64,000 nt of DNA from Sphingomonadales bacterium (GTDB lineage Bacteria > Pseudomonadota > Alphaproteobacteria > Sphingomonadales > Sphingomonadaceae), in assembly GCA_038246995.1 (NCBI GenBank), contig JBBRVH010000001.1, positions 4,466 through 68,465 on the forward strand, read 5' to 3'. The notes under the pieces were generated by a model. It was given only the letters and a program-made list of their open reading frames with translations, was not told where the DNA came from and ran no database searches. This document shows positions 53,286-63,494 of the stretch, one piece after another; within the stretch, counting starts at the first letter, position 1, and every line of letters starts with the position of its first letter. Position numbers and translations under genes: made by a program.

Positions 53286-56123
53286 ATGACCCTGTTCCGC
53301 TCGCTTGCTGCAGCCCTGCTCCTTACCTCCGGCCTTGCCGCGCCGACGCGCGCCGCCGAGCCGGTGCCGTTGCTGCCGGTAACCGAATATCAACTGCCGA
53401 ACGGGCTGAAGGTGATCTTCCACCGCGACACGTCCGATCCGGTGGTCGCGGTCGTGCTCGCGGCGCATGTCGGCTCGGCGCGCGAAACCCCGGGGCGCAC
53501 CGGCTTTGCACACATGTTCGAGCATCTGTTTTTCCTCGATTCGGAAAACCTCGGCAAGGGCGGGCTCGACCGGCTCAGCACGCGCGTCGGCGGCTCGGGC
53601 GCCAATGGCAACACCAGCAACGACATCACCATCTATGCCCAGGCAGTGCCCAAGGACGCGCTCGAAAAAATGATCTGGGCCGAAGCAGACAAATTGGGCT
53701 GGTTCATCAACACCGTCACCGACGCGGTGCTGGCCAAGGAAAAACAGGTCGTCAAGAACGAAAAGCGCGAGGCTGTCGACAACCGCCCCTATGGCCATGT
53801 CGAGGAAATCCTTGTCGAAAACCTCTTTCCGGCCGACCACCCCTACAACTGGCCGGTGATCGGCTCGCTCGCCGATCTCGATGCAGCGACGCTGAAGGAT
53901 GTCCGCGATTTCTACGCCGCCTGGTACCGCCCCGAAAACGCCACGCTGACCATCGCCGGCGATTTCGACCCGGCGCAGGCCCGCGCCATGATCGACCGGT
54001 ACTTCGCCGAAATTCCCGGCAAGGCGCAGCGCACCCCCCGGGCGGCACCGCGCCCAGCACCGCTGACCGCGAGCAAGCGGCTGGTTTACGAAGACAAGTT
54101 CGCACAATTGCCCGACCTGACGCTGGCCTTTCCAGCCGCCGCCACCGCCGACCCCGATACCGCCGCGCTGTTCGTCCTCACCGCGCTCCTGACCGACGGC
54201 AAGGACACGCCGCTGACCCGCACCCTCGTCGACGAAGAAAAACTGACCGGCGAGGTCAGCGCCAGGGTGGAGGACAGCGAGCTCGCCGGCGGCATGGTCA
54301 TCGGCGTCCGCGCCTTCGAAGGCGTGGCGCTCGACCGGGTCGACGCGGCGATTGCCAAGGGCCTTGCCCGCTTCGAAGCCAATGGCATCGACCCGCAAGC
54401 GCTGGCGCGCGCAAAGATCGGCGTCGAAAAATCGCTTTATAATGAACTCGACGACGTCAACGGCAAGGCCCAACTGATCGCCCGATGGGAAGCCTCGACC
54501 GGGCGCAGCGACTTTGTCGATGTCCTCCTCGCCCGGTTGCGCGCCGTCTCCGCCGACGACGTGATGCGCGTCTATCGAACCTATCTGAAGGACCGCCCCC
54601 GCGTCGCCGTCAGCACCGTTCCCGTCGGCGGCAAGGGGCTGGCGCTGGCCAATTCGTCCCCCGCCGCGGTCGTCGAGGAAGCCGTCGTCGCCAATGCCGA
54701 AGCCCCCGTCGACCCGGGCGCCGAAATCGCCCGCTACACGCCGACACCATCGAAGATCGACCGCAAGGCCGAACCGGCATTCGGGGCGTCGCCGGTCGTC
54801 ACTGCTCCGCCGATCTGGTCGGCTCGCCTGGCCAATGGCCTGGCGATCAGCGGCATCGCCGCATCGGAACTTCCGGTCACCCGCTTCGAGCTGGCGCTCG
54901 ATGGCGGCCAGCTGCTCGACGATCCGGCGCGACCCGGCGCTGCCAGCCTGCTCGCCCGGATGCTGACGCGCGGCACCGCCCGCCTGACTCCGGCCGATTT
55001 CGACAAGGCACTGAAGAACCTCGGCGCCGATATCAGCGTCGACGCTGGCGAGGAACGCATCGTGCTCAAGGGCAGCACGCTGACCCGGAATCTCGCGCCG
55101 ACGCTGGCGCTGGTCGAGGAGAGTCTCGTCACCCCGCGCTGGGACGACCAGGAACTGCTCCTCGCCAAGGCCGCCACGATCGGCGAAATCCAAGAAGCGC
55201 GCGCCAAACCACAACGGATCGCGGCGCGCATCGCCAGTCGCCTCAACCACCCCGGCACGGTCCTCGCCGCCGACCCGCTCGGCACCGAGACATCGGTCAA
55301 GGCGCTGACCATGGCTGATCTGCGCGCCTTCCACGCCAGCAACCTGTCGCCCGCCACGGCGCGCCTGCGCATCATCGGCGCCGACGCGGCCATAACGTCA
55401 TCAGCGCTCGCCGGCCTTGCTGCCCGCTGGACGACCCCGGCACCGACGATCCCGGTCGTCGCGCGTATCGCGCCACCGGCCAAACCGACCCTCAGCTTCT
55501 ACGATATCCCCGATGCAAAACAGTCGGTCATCGCCTTCACCGGCCCCGGCCCGCGCAAGGCCGACCCCGATTACTACGCTGCCACCGCCACCAACTTCCT
55601 GCTTGGTGGCGGCGGTTTCGCGTCACGGCTGACGCAGCAGCTGCGCGAGACCAAGGGCTATACCTATGGCGTGCGCAGCCGGTTCGACGGCGGCCGCCAG
55701 ACCGGCAGCTTCGGCCTCGCCAGCCCGGTGCGCAGCAACGTGACGCTCGAAGCTGTCGATCTCGCCCGGAGCATCACCTCGGATTTCGGCAGGACCTTCA
55801 CGGCGCAAGACCTCGCCCTCACCAGGGCCAGCCTCACCCGCGCCCGCGCCCGCGCCTTCGAAACCAGCGACGCCAAGCTCGCCCTCCTCGCCGACATCGG
55901 TGATTTTGGCCGCGCGGCCGATTTCATCGCGGCCGATGCCCGCGCCCTCCAGGCGCTCACCGTCTCCCAGGTCGAGGCGCTGGCGGCGCGCTATCTCGAT
56001 CCGGCAAGGATGCACCTGATCATCGTCGGCGATGCCCGCACCCAGAAAGCGCGGCTGGCAGCGCTCGGGCTCGGCGAGCCGGTGATGTTCGATGCGGCGC
56101 TGCTCGATGGCACCAGGCCCTGA
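53286..56123 (+). CDS. secreted two-unit M16 (pitrilysin/insulinase-like) zinc peptidase
   Basis: Signal peptide. Inverted zincin GFAHMFEHLFF. 945 aa, consistent with two M16 halves. Confidence 0.85.
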   Translation: MTLFRSLAAALLLTSGLAAPTRAAEPVPLLPVTEYQLPNGLKVIFHRDTSDPVVAVVLAAHVGSARETPGRTGFAHMFEHLFFLDSENLGKGGLDRLSTRVGGSGANGNTSNDITIYAQAVPKDALEKMIWAEADKLGWFINTVTDAVLAKEKQVVKNEKREAVDNRPYGHVEEILVENLFPADHPYNWPVIGSLADLDAATLKDVRDFYAAWYRPENATLTIAGDFDPAQARAMIDRYFAEIPGKAQRTPRAAPRPAPLTASKRLVYEDKFAQLPDLTLAFPAAATADPDTAALFVLTALLTDGKDTPLTRTLVDEEKLTGEVSARVEDSELAGGMVIGVRAFEGVALDRVDAAIAKGLARFEANGIDPQALARAKIGVEKSLYNELDDVNGKAQLIARWEASTGRSDFVDVLLARLRAVSADDVMRVYRTYLKDRPRVAVSTVPVGGKGLALANSSPAAVVEEAVVANAEAPVDPGAEIARYTPTPSKIDRKAEPAFGASPVVTAPPIWSARLANGLAISGIAASELPVTRFELALDGGQLLDDPARPGAASLLARMLTRGTARLTPADFDKALKNLGADISVDAGEERIVLKGSTLTRNLAPTLALVEESLVTPRWDDQELLLAKAATIGEIQEARAKPQRIAARIASRLNHPGTVLAADPLGTETSVKALTMADLRAFHASNLSPATARLRIIGADAAITSSALAGLAARWTTPAPTIPVVARIAPPAKPTLSFYDIPDAKQSVIAFTGPGPRKADPDYYAATATNFLLGGGGFASRLTQQLRETKGYTYGVRSRFDGGRQTGSFGLASPVRSNVTLEAVDLARSITSDFGRTFTAQDLALTRASLTRARARAFETSDAKLALLADIGDFGRAADFIAADARALQALTVSQVEALAARYLDPARMHLIIVGDARTQKARLAALGLGEPVMFDAALLDGTRP

Positions 56124-56125
56124 GG

Positions 56126-57535
56126 TCAGCGGGCGGGGGCTGCTTCCCAACCGCCGCCGAGCGCCTTGAACACCGCGATCTGCTGGCTGGTCAGCGCCGC
56201 GTCGCTGGCAGCGAGCTGCGCATCGGCGCTGGCGGCGGTGCGTTCGGCATCGAGCACGCCGAGGAACGCCTCGGCGCCGGCGGCATAGCGCAGGCGGACG
56301 ATGCGCGCTGCCTCGACGCTCTGGTCGCGCGCGGCGCGCAGGGCGGCGTTGCGGGCCCGCCCGGCAGCATAGTCCGACAGGCTGGTTTCGGTCTCGCGCA
56401 GGGCGGCGAGCACGGTGCCGTCAAAGCCGGCCAGCGCCGCTTCGCCACCGGCCTTTGCCTGCCTGATGCGCGCGCGCGCCGCGATGATGTTGGGGAAGCT
56501 CCAGCTCAGCACCGGCCCGATGCTGAAGCCGAAACCATTGTTGCTGATCACCGCGCCCGGAGTCGTGCCCTGCCCCGAGATCGCGCCGCCCAGGCTGATG
56601 CGCGGATAGAGATCGGCGGTCGCGACGCCGATGCGCGCGGTGGCGGCGGCCAATTGCCGGTCGGCGCGGCGCACATCGGGGCGGCGCTTGAGCAGCGCGG
56701 TGCCATCGCCGGTGGGGATCGGCACGTTCAATTGCGGCGGCGCGGCGCAAACGGCGGCACGCGGGTCGAATTCGGTTGGCGGCTTGCCGGTCAGCACGGC
56801 GAGGCGAAACAGCGCGCTGCGGCGTTCGGCTTCGAAGCCCGGCAGCGCCGCACGGGTGGTTTCGACCTGGGCACGGGCGCGCGCGGCATCGAGCGGCGAA
56901 TCGCGCCCGGCGGCAACGCGCTTTTCCGTAAGGGCGAAGCTGTCGGTCTGGAGTTGCAAGCTGCGGCTGGCCACCGCGAGCTGCCGCGCCGCCGAACAGG
57001 CATCGGCATAGGCGCGGGTGGTTTCGGCAGCGACGCTGATCAGCACGGCATCGCGTGCCGCCGCTTCGGCAGCGGCATCGGCACGCGCTGCTTCGATGTT
57101 GCGGCCAACCCGGCCGTACAGATCGATTTCATAGCTGGCATCAAGCCCGGCGCGGTAGAATTCGCTGCTGAACGGCACCGGGCCATTGGGTGTGGCGACC
57201 GTCTGCCGGGCTTCGACAGCGCTTGCCGTGATGTTGGTTGTCGGCAAACGCGCGCCTTGGGCTTCGTTGAGCACGGCGCGAGCGCGGCGCAGATTGGCGG
57301 TGGCGATGCGCACATCCGTGTTGGCAGCAAAGGCCTGGGCCACGAGATCATCGAGCAGCGGATCGTCATACAGCCGCCACCAGGTCGCGGGCACGGCCTC
57401 GGTGCTGGCGATGGCGGGCTCGGCACCGGCGAACGGCCCGCCGGTGGCGGCCGGCAGCGGCGCCGGGCGGTAATCGGGGCAGACAGCGCAGGCCGCGAGC
57501 AGCAGCGGCAGGCCAAGAAGCAGCGCGCGGGTCAT
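56126..57535 (-). CDS. efflux outer-membrane factor lipoprotein (NodT/OprM family)
   Basis: Lipobox LLLAAC. Two repeated alpha-barrel halves. Start ATG 57535 overlaps the RND stop (ATGA). Confidence 0.85.
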   Translation of the reverse strand: MTRALLLGLPLLLAACAVCPDYRPAPLPAATGGPFAGAEPAIASTEAVPATWWRLYDDPLLDDLVAQAFAANTDVRIATANLRRARAVLNEAQGARLPTTNITASAVEARQTVATPNGPVPFSSEFYRAGLDASYEIDLYGRVGRNIEAARADAAAEAAARDAVLISVAAETTRAYADACSAARQLAVASRSLQLQTDSFALTEKRVAAGRDSPLDAARARAQVETTRAALPGFEAERRSALFRLAVLTGKPPTEFDPRAAVCAAPPQLNVPIPTGDGTALLKRRPDVRRADRQLAAATARIGVATADLYPRISLGGAISGQGTTPGAVISNNGFGFSIGPVLSWSFPNIIAARARIRQAKAGGEAALAGFDGTVLAALRETETSLSDYAAGRARNAALRAARDQSVEAARIVRLRYAAGAEAFLGVLDAERTAASADAQLAASDAALTSQQIAVFKALGGGWEAAPAR

Positions 57536-60500
57536 GCCGATGGTTCCACGACGGGCGCGATGCGGTTGCGGCTGCGCACGCGCGCCACTTTCTTGGCCGC
57601 CCAACTCGCGATGACATAGAATACCGGGGTGAACAGCAGCCCGAAGATGGTGACGCCGATCATCCCGAAGAACACCGCGGTGCCGAGCGCCTGGCGCATT
57701 TCGGCGCCCGGGCCCGAGGCGATGACGAGTGGCACGACGCCCAGGATGAAGGCGAAGCTGGTCATCAGGATCGGCCGCAGCCGGGTCCGCGCCGCTTCTT
57801 CGGCGGCCGCGAAGCGATCGAGGCCGCGTTCTTCGGCCTGTTTGGCGAATTCGACGATCAGGATGGCGTTTTTCGCTGCCAGCCCGACGAGCACCACCAG
57901 CCCGATTTGCGTCAGGATATTGTTATCGAAGCCGCGCAGATTGACGCCGAGGATGGCCGCCAGCAGGCACATCGGCACGATCATGATCACCGCCAGCGGC
58001 AGCACCAGCGATTCATATTGCGCCGCGAGCAGCAGGAAAACAAAGACCACGGCAAGGACGAACACCGCCGCCGCCGTATTGCCCTGGGTCTTCTCCTGAT
58101 AGGCCAGCTCGGTCCATTCATAATCGAAGCCTTCGGGGAGCAGCCTGGCCGCCAGCCCTTCCATGCTGCCCAGCGCCTGCCCCGACGAGAACCCGGGCAG
58201 GCGATCGCCCTGCAATTCGGCGGCCGGGAACAGATTGTGGCGCACGACACGGTATGGCCCGCTGGCGTCCTTCAGCGTCGCGACCGAGCCCAACGGCACC
58301 ATCATCCCCGAACTGGAACGAACTTTCAGATTGGTGATGTCGGTCGGATCGTTGCGGAACGGCGCATCGGCCTGGGCGGTGACCCGGTAGGTGCGGCCGA
58401 AAAGGTTGATGTCGTTGACATAGCTTGACCCGAGATAGACCTGCAGCGTCGAAAACACATCGGCCGGGTTGACCCCGAGCAGCTGCGCCTTGTCACGATC
58501 GATATCGGCAAAGACCCGCGGCGTGCCGGTGTTGAACAGGGTAAACACGCTGGTCAGCCCCGGGGTCTGGTTGCCCGCCATCATCATGCCGAAGGTCGCC
58601 GCCTCCAGCGCCTGATAGCCGCGGCCCGAACGGTCCTGCACCATCATCTTGAAGCCGCCGCCGGTGCCGATCCCTCGCACCGGCGGCGGCGGGATGACAA
58701 GAATGTTGGCGCCGGGAATCGTGCCCATGCGCTGGCGCAGATCGTTGAGGATGTCTGCCGCCGCCTGGCCGTTCTTCTTGCGGTCGGCAAAAGTGTCCAT
58801 CTGGATGAACAGCGTGCCGGCGTTGGGGGCATTGGAAAAACTCGACCCGTCAAGCCCGGCAAAGGCGACCGCGAGCTGGATACCCTTGGTGGCGAGCGCG
58901 GTCTTCACCGCCGTCTGCACGATGGCATCGGTGCGTTCGAGCGAGGACCCCGGCGGCAACTGCACGACAGTGATGAAATAGCCCTGATCCTGCGCCGGGA
59001 TGAACCCCGCCGGCGTCGCGACGAAGCGCCAGGCCGCGAGTGCCAGCAGCCCGGCATAGACGATGAGCACCAGCATGATCGCCCGCACCGCGCGCGCGGT
59101 GATGCGACCGTAACGATCGGCGAGCCAGTCGAAGCCCTGGTTGAACCGATCGGCCGCGGCCATCGGCACCCGCCGCCAGCCGGTCGGCGCGTGGTGCGGG
59201 TCGTGCGGCTTCAGGAGCAGCGCCGCCAGCGCCGGCGACAAGGTGAGCGAAACGATGCACGAGATCAGCGTCGCCGCCGAAATGGTCAGCGCGAACTGTT
59301 TGTAGAATTGCCCCGAAATGCCCGAAATGAAGGCGGTCGGCACGAACACCGCGCACAGCGTCAGCGCGATGGCGATCAGCGCGCCGCCGACTTCGTCCAT
59401 GGTGCGATAGGCGGCGTCGCGCGGTGCATAGCCCAGTTTCAATTCGCGTTCGACATTTTCGACAACGACGATCGCATCATCGACGACAATGCCGATGGCG
59501 AGCACCAGACCGAACAGCGACAGGTTGTTGAGCGAATAGCCGAACCCCGCCATCACCGCGAAGGTGCCGATCAGCGAGACAGGAATGGCAAGCACCGGGA
59601 TGATCGCGGCGCGCCAGCTTTGCAGGAAGATCAGCACGACGATGACGACAAGGATGACGGCTTCGACCAGCGTTTCCTGGACGCTTTCGATCGAGGCCCG
59701 AACATATTCGGTGGGGTTGTAGGGGATGGTATATTCCAGCCCGGCGGGGAAATCGGCCTTGGCGCCTTCCATCGTCGCGATGATCGCATCGGCGGTGGCG
59801 AGCGCGTTCGATCCCGGCCGCTGGGTGATGGCCAGCCCGATACCCTGCTTGCCATCGACATAGGCGTTGGTGCCATAATCCTGCGCGCCGACTTCGACGC
59901 GGGCAACGTCGCTGATCCGCACCACCTTGTCGCCCGCCGCCTTGATGACGATGGCGCCGAAATCTTCGGGGCTGGTCAGCCGGCCCTGGGTCTGGACATT
60001 GAGCTCGAAACCCGAGCCACCGCGGCCGAAAGGCGGCGCGCCGATGGTGCCGGCCGCGACCTGGACGTTCTGCGAGCGCAGCGCCGCGACGATTTCATCG
60101 GCATTGAGATTGCGCGCCGCGGCCTTTTCCGGGTCGATCCAGACACGCATGGCGTAATCGCGCACGCCAAAGACATTGATGCCGCCGACACCATCGAGGC
60201 GCGCCAGTCGATCCTTGAGCAGCAGCGTCGCATAGTTGGAAACATAGTCGGTGCTCAGCGAGCCATCGCCTGACTTGAGGAACACCACCATCAGGATATC
60301 GGGCGAATTCTTGCGCGTCGTCACGCCGAGCGCGCGCACCGTATCGGGCAGGCGCGGGGTGGCCGACGCGACCCGGTTCTGCACCAGCACCTGGGCATCG
60401 TTGAGATCGGTGCCGAGCTTGAAGACGACATTCAGCGTCATCCGGCCATCGCCGGTCGATGACGAGGTCATGTAGATCATGTCCTCGACGCCGTTGATTT

Positions 60501-60708
60501 CCTGTTCGAGCGGCGCCGCCACCGTATCGGCGAGCACTTCGGCCGACGCGCCGGGGTAGGACGCGGTGATGCTGATCGTCGGCGGCGCGATCTCGGGATA
60601 TTGCGCCACCGGGAGCGTGGGATAGGCGACGATCCCGACCAGCACGATCAGAATCGAGATCACCGCGGCAAAGATCGGCCTGTCGATGAAGAAGCGCGAA
60701 AACCGCAT
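57532..60708 (-). CDS. RND multidrug efflux permease (AcrB/MexB-like)
   Basis: 1058 aa. MRFSRFFIDRPIFAAVISILIVLVG start, 12-TM RND architecture. Confidence 0.9.
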   Translation of the reverse strand: MRFSRFFIDRPIFAAVISILIVLVGIVAYPTLPVAQYPEIAPPTISITASYPGASAEVLADTVAAPLEQEINGVEDMIYMTSSSTGDGRMTLNVVFKLGTDLNDAQVLVQNRVASATPRLPDTVRALGVTTRKNSPDILMVVFLKSGDGSLSTDYVSNYATLLLKDRLARLDGVGGINVFGVRDYAMRVWIDPEKAAARNLNADEIVAALRSQNVQVAAGTIGAPPFGRGGSGFELNVQTQGRLTSPEDFGAIVIKAAGDKVVRISDVARVEVGAQDYGTNAYVDGKQGIGLAITQRPGSNALATADAIIATMEGAKADFPAGLEYTIPYNPTEYVRASIESVQETLVEAVILVVIVVLIFLQSWRAAIIPVLAIPVSLIGTFAVMAGFGYSLNNLSLFGLVLAIGIVVDDAIVVVENVERELKLGYAPRDAAYRTMDEVGGALIAIALTLCAVFVPTAFISGISGQFYKQFALTISAATLISCIVSLTLSPALAALLLKPHDPHHAPTGWRRVPMAAADRFNQGFDWLADRYGRITARAVRAIMLVLIVYAGLLALAAWRFVATPAGFIPAQDQGYFITVVQLPPGSSLERTDAIVQTAVKTALATKGIQLAVAFAGLDGSSFSNAPNAGTLFIQMDTFADRKKNGQAAADILNDLRQRMGTIPGANILVIPPPPVRGIGTGGGFKMMVQDRSGRGYQALEAATFGMMMAGNQTPGLTSVFTLFNTGTPRVFADIDRDKAQLLGVNPADVFSTLQVYLGSSYVNDINLFGRTYRVTAQADAPFRNDPTDITNLKVRSSSGMMVPLGSVATLKDASGPYRVVRHNLFPAAELQGDRLPGFSSGQALGSMEGLAARLLPEGFDYEWTELAYQEKTQGNTAAAVFVLAVVFVFLLLAAQYESLVLPLAVIMIVPMCLLAAILGVNLRGFDNNILTQIGLVVLVGLAAKNAILIVEFAKQAEERGLDRFAAAEEAARTRLRPILMTSFAFILGVVPLVIASGPGAEMRQALGTAVFFGMIGVTIFGLLFTPVFYVIASWAAKKVARVRSRNRIAPVVEPSA

Positions 60709-60711
60709 CGT

Positions 60712-61950
60712 CTATTTCGCCACGCGGGTGGCAGCGGTCGCCGATGTCGCCGGCGCTTCGATGATCGGCGGCGGCACCGGGCCGGCGCCTGGCGCCGGCG
60801 GCACGATCTTGCCGGGCCTGGGGGCAACCTTGGTACCCGGCCGGGCACGCTGCACGCCTTCGATGATCACCCTGTCATCGGGGGTCAGCCCGGCGCGCAC
60901 GACGCGCAGGCCGTCGACGAGCGGCCCCAGTTGCAGCACGCGCGGGCTGACCATGTTGTCGGGGCCGATGACCAGCGCGATCTTGCGGGTCTGGTCGGTG
61001 ACAACGGCATCTTCGGGGATCAGCATGCCATTGTAGCTGCCCGAACCGAGCAGGCGCATATGGCCGAACATGCCGGGCGTGAGGAAGCCATCGGGGTTCT
61101 TCACCACGGCGCGGCCACGAATGGTGCCCGAGCCTAGATCGAGCGCATTGTCGACAAAGTCCATCCGGCCACGCCAGCGATAATCGGTTTCATCGGCAAG
61201 GCGGATCTCGACCGGGTTGGGCGACACCCGCGACGACGGCCGGGTACCAGCGCGGTTGGCGCGCTGGTACTTCAGATAAACGGCTTCGGAACCGGTGAAG
61301 ACGAAATGGATCGGATCGAGCGAGACAATGCTGGTCAACACGGTCGTCCCCGCCGTCACATAGCCGCCGACATCGACGCGGCGGTCCGAAAGCCGGCCGG
61401 CGATCGGCGCGGTCACCCGGGTAAACGACACATCGAGCGCGCGCGCCCCGACCAGGGCCTGCGCCGCAGCGAGCGCCGCATCGGCCTGGGCAGCGGTGGC
61501 CTTGGCGGTGTCGAATTCCTCGCGGCTGATGGCGTTCTGCTGGAACAGAGTCGCGCTGCGGGCGGCATTGCTGCGCGCCAGATCGGCGCTGGCCCGCGCC
61601 CGGGCGCTTTCGGCGCGCGCCTGCGCCAGCGCTGCATCGAAGGGCCGCGAATCGATGACGTACAAAAGCTCACCCGCACGGGCGAATTCGCCATCGCGAA
61701 AGGCGATGCGCGCGACATAGCCCGAAACGCGCGGTCGCACCTCGACGCTTTGCCGGGCTTCGAAACGCCCGACATAATCGTCCCAGTCGACGATCGGCTT
61801 GATCAACGGGGTGGCCACGGTCACCGGTGGCGCAGCGCCCGGGCCACCGGGGCCGCCCGGCCCGCCGGCACCCGGCTGCTTGTCGCCACAGGCAACAACG
61901 ACAAGCGCCAGGGCCAGCGCTGCCGGGATCTTCTGCCGCGCCTGCATCAT
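60712..61950 (-). CDS. RND efflux periplasmic adaptor (membrane fusion protein)
   Basis: Lipobox LVVVACG. Hairpin and lipoyl/beta-barrel pattern (RVSGYV...FTRVTAPIAGR). Confidence 0.85.
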   Translation of the reverse strand: MMQARQKIPAALALALVVVACGDKQPGAGGPGGPGGPGAAPPVTVATPLIKPIVDWDDYVGRFEARQSVEVRPRVSGYVARIAFRDGEFARAGELLYVIDSRPFDAALAQARAESARARASADLARSNAARSATLFQQNAISREEFDTAKATAAQADAALAAAQALVGARALDVSFTRVTAPIAGRLSDRRVDVGGYVTAGTTVLTSIVSLDPIHFVFTGSEAVYLKYQRANRAGTRPSSRVSPNPVEIRLADETDYRWRGRMDFVDNALDLGSGTIRGRAVVKNPDGFLTPGMFGHMRLLGSGSYNGMLIPEDAVVTDQTRKIALVIGPDNMVSPRVLQLGPLVDGLRVVRAGLTPDDRVIIEGVQRARPGTKVAPRPGKIVPPAPGAGPVPPPIIEAPATSATAATRVAK

Positions 61951-62144
61951 TGAAACCTTTTTTGCGTTCGGCTCAAATTACGATTGTTGCACTGCGGCGT
62001 CCAGTGGTGCGACCATTTTATCTTGGAATAGAAATTATTTGCGCCGGTTTCCGGTGCGCCATTGCCTTGGGGCCGTTGCAAATGTCCATCGGATCGGGCT
62101 TTTCCCGGCTTGGCAAGTGCGCCCGCCTCCCCCATGCAGCGGCG

Positions 62145-63482
62145 ATGCAGATCGCCATGCCCCGCCGCGAATTCGCCGTATTGTTCGCGGTGCTGTTGAC
62201 CGTGGCTGCCGGTAATACCGCGTTGCAGACGGTGCTGCCGGCGATCGCCCGGGTCATCCATATCCCCGACATGCTGGTCGCCATCATCTTTTCCTTTTCG
62301 GCGCTGCTGTGGACGTTCAGCGCACCTTATTGGGCGCGCCAGTCGGATATCCGCGGACGGCGACGGCTCATGGAAGTCGGCGTCATCGGTTTCGGCGTGT
62401 CGATGCTTGGCTGCGGTATCGTCATCTATGCCGGCTTGAAGGGCCTGCTGGTTCCGGTGGCCACCTTCGCGCTGTTCGCCGGCTTGCGATCACTGTTCGG
62501 CATCTTCGGTTCGGCCTCCAACCCCGCCGCGCAAGCCTATGTCGCGGCGCGGACCAGCGAGGCCGAGCGCACCAACGCGCTGTCGACCCTGTCATCGGCG
62601 TTCGGGCTGGGCACGATCATCGGCCCGGCGGTGGCACCGTTGTTCATCATCGGTGCCGTCGGCCTGTCGGGGCCGTTGTTCGCCTTTGCCACCATTGCGC
62701 TGATCGTGCTGGTCGCTGTTCGACGCACGCTGCCCGATGACGATCCGACGCATTTCCCCGGCATCATCGGTGCCGGCCCCGATGCCGTGGCGCTGCCGGG
62801 CCGTTCCCATGGTGCCCCGGCAAGCGAGCCGACCGTGGGCGGCGGCGCCACCGGCGGCAGCCTGAAGGCCGCTGCCATCGGCCGCGGGCCGCGCCTGTCG
62901 TGGCGCGACCCGCGCATCCTGCCGTTCATGATCTTCGGGTTCTTCTCGGGTTCGATCCAGGCCGCCACCGGCCAGGCTCTCGGCTTTCTCATCATCGACA
63001 AGGTCGGCGGCAACGCCATCCAGGCCCAGCACGAAATCGCCATCGTCTTCATGGCCGGAGCCGGCGCGACGCTGCTGGTGCAATGGGGGCTGATCCCGCT
63101 GTTCCGCATGGCCCCGCCCAGCCTGATGCGGGTCGGCACGCTGATTGCCGCTATCGGCACCGCCGGGGTGGCGCTGGCGCCCGATTTCTACGGTCTGGTC
63201 ATCGCCTATGCGCTGGCATCGATGGGGTATGGCTTTGCCCGGCCGGGCTTCACCGCGGGCGCCAGCCTTGCCGTCGGCCAGGCCGAACAGGGCGGCGTCG
63301 CAGGCGCGGTAACCTCGATCAACGGCTCATGCTTCGTGCTGGCCCCCGCGATCGGCATCGGGCTGTACCAACTCGGGGCAACGCTGCCCTACAGCCTGGG
63401 AGCCGGCGCGCTGCTGCTGCTGTTCACTTTTGCCAGCCGCAACCCGGCGCTGCGCACCGAGCATGTGCCGAGCGGCGATTGA
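62145..63482 (+). CDS. MFS transporter
   Basis: 12-TM pattern with the MFS loop motif WARQSDIRGRRRLM. Start set to ATG 62145. Confidence 0.8.
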   Translation: MQIAMPRREFAVLFAVLLTVAAGNTALQTVLPAIARVIHIPDMLVAIIFSFSALLWTFSAPYWARQSDIRGRRRLMEVGVIGFGVSMLGCGIVIYAGLKGLLVPVATFALFAGLRSLFGIFGSASNPAAQAYVAARTSEAERTNALSTLSSAFGLGTIIGPAVAPLFIIGAVGLSGPLFAFATIALIVLVAVRRTLPDDDPTHFPGIIGAGPDAVALPGRSHGAPASEPTVGGGATGGSLKAAAIGRGPRLSWRDPRILPFMIFGFFSGSIQAATGQALGFLIIDKVGGNAIQAQHEIAIVFMAGAGATLLVQWGLIPLFRMAPPSLMRVGTLIAAIGTAGVALAPDFYGLVIAYALASMGYGFARPGFTAGASLAVGQAEQGGVAGAVTSINGSCFVLAPAIGIGLYQLGATLPYSLGAGALLLLFTFASRNPALRTEHVPSGD

Positions 63483-63494
63483 TCAGGTCGCGAC

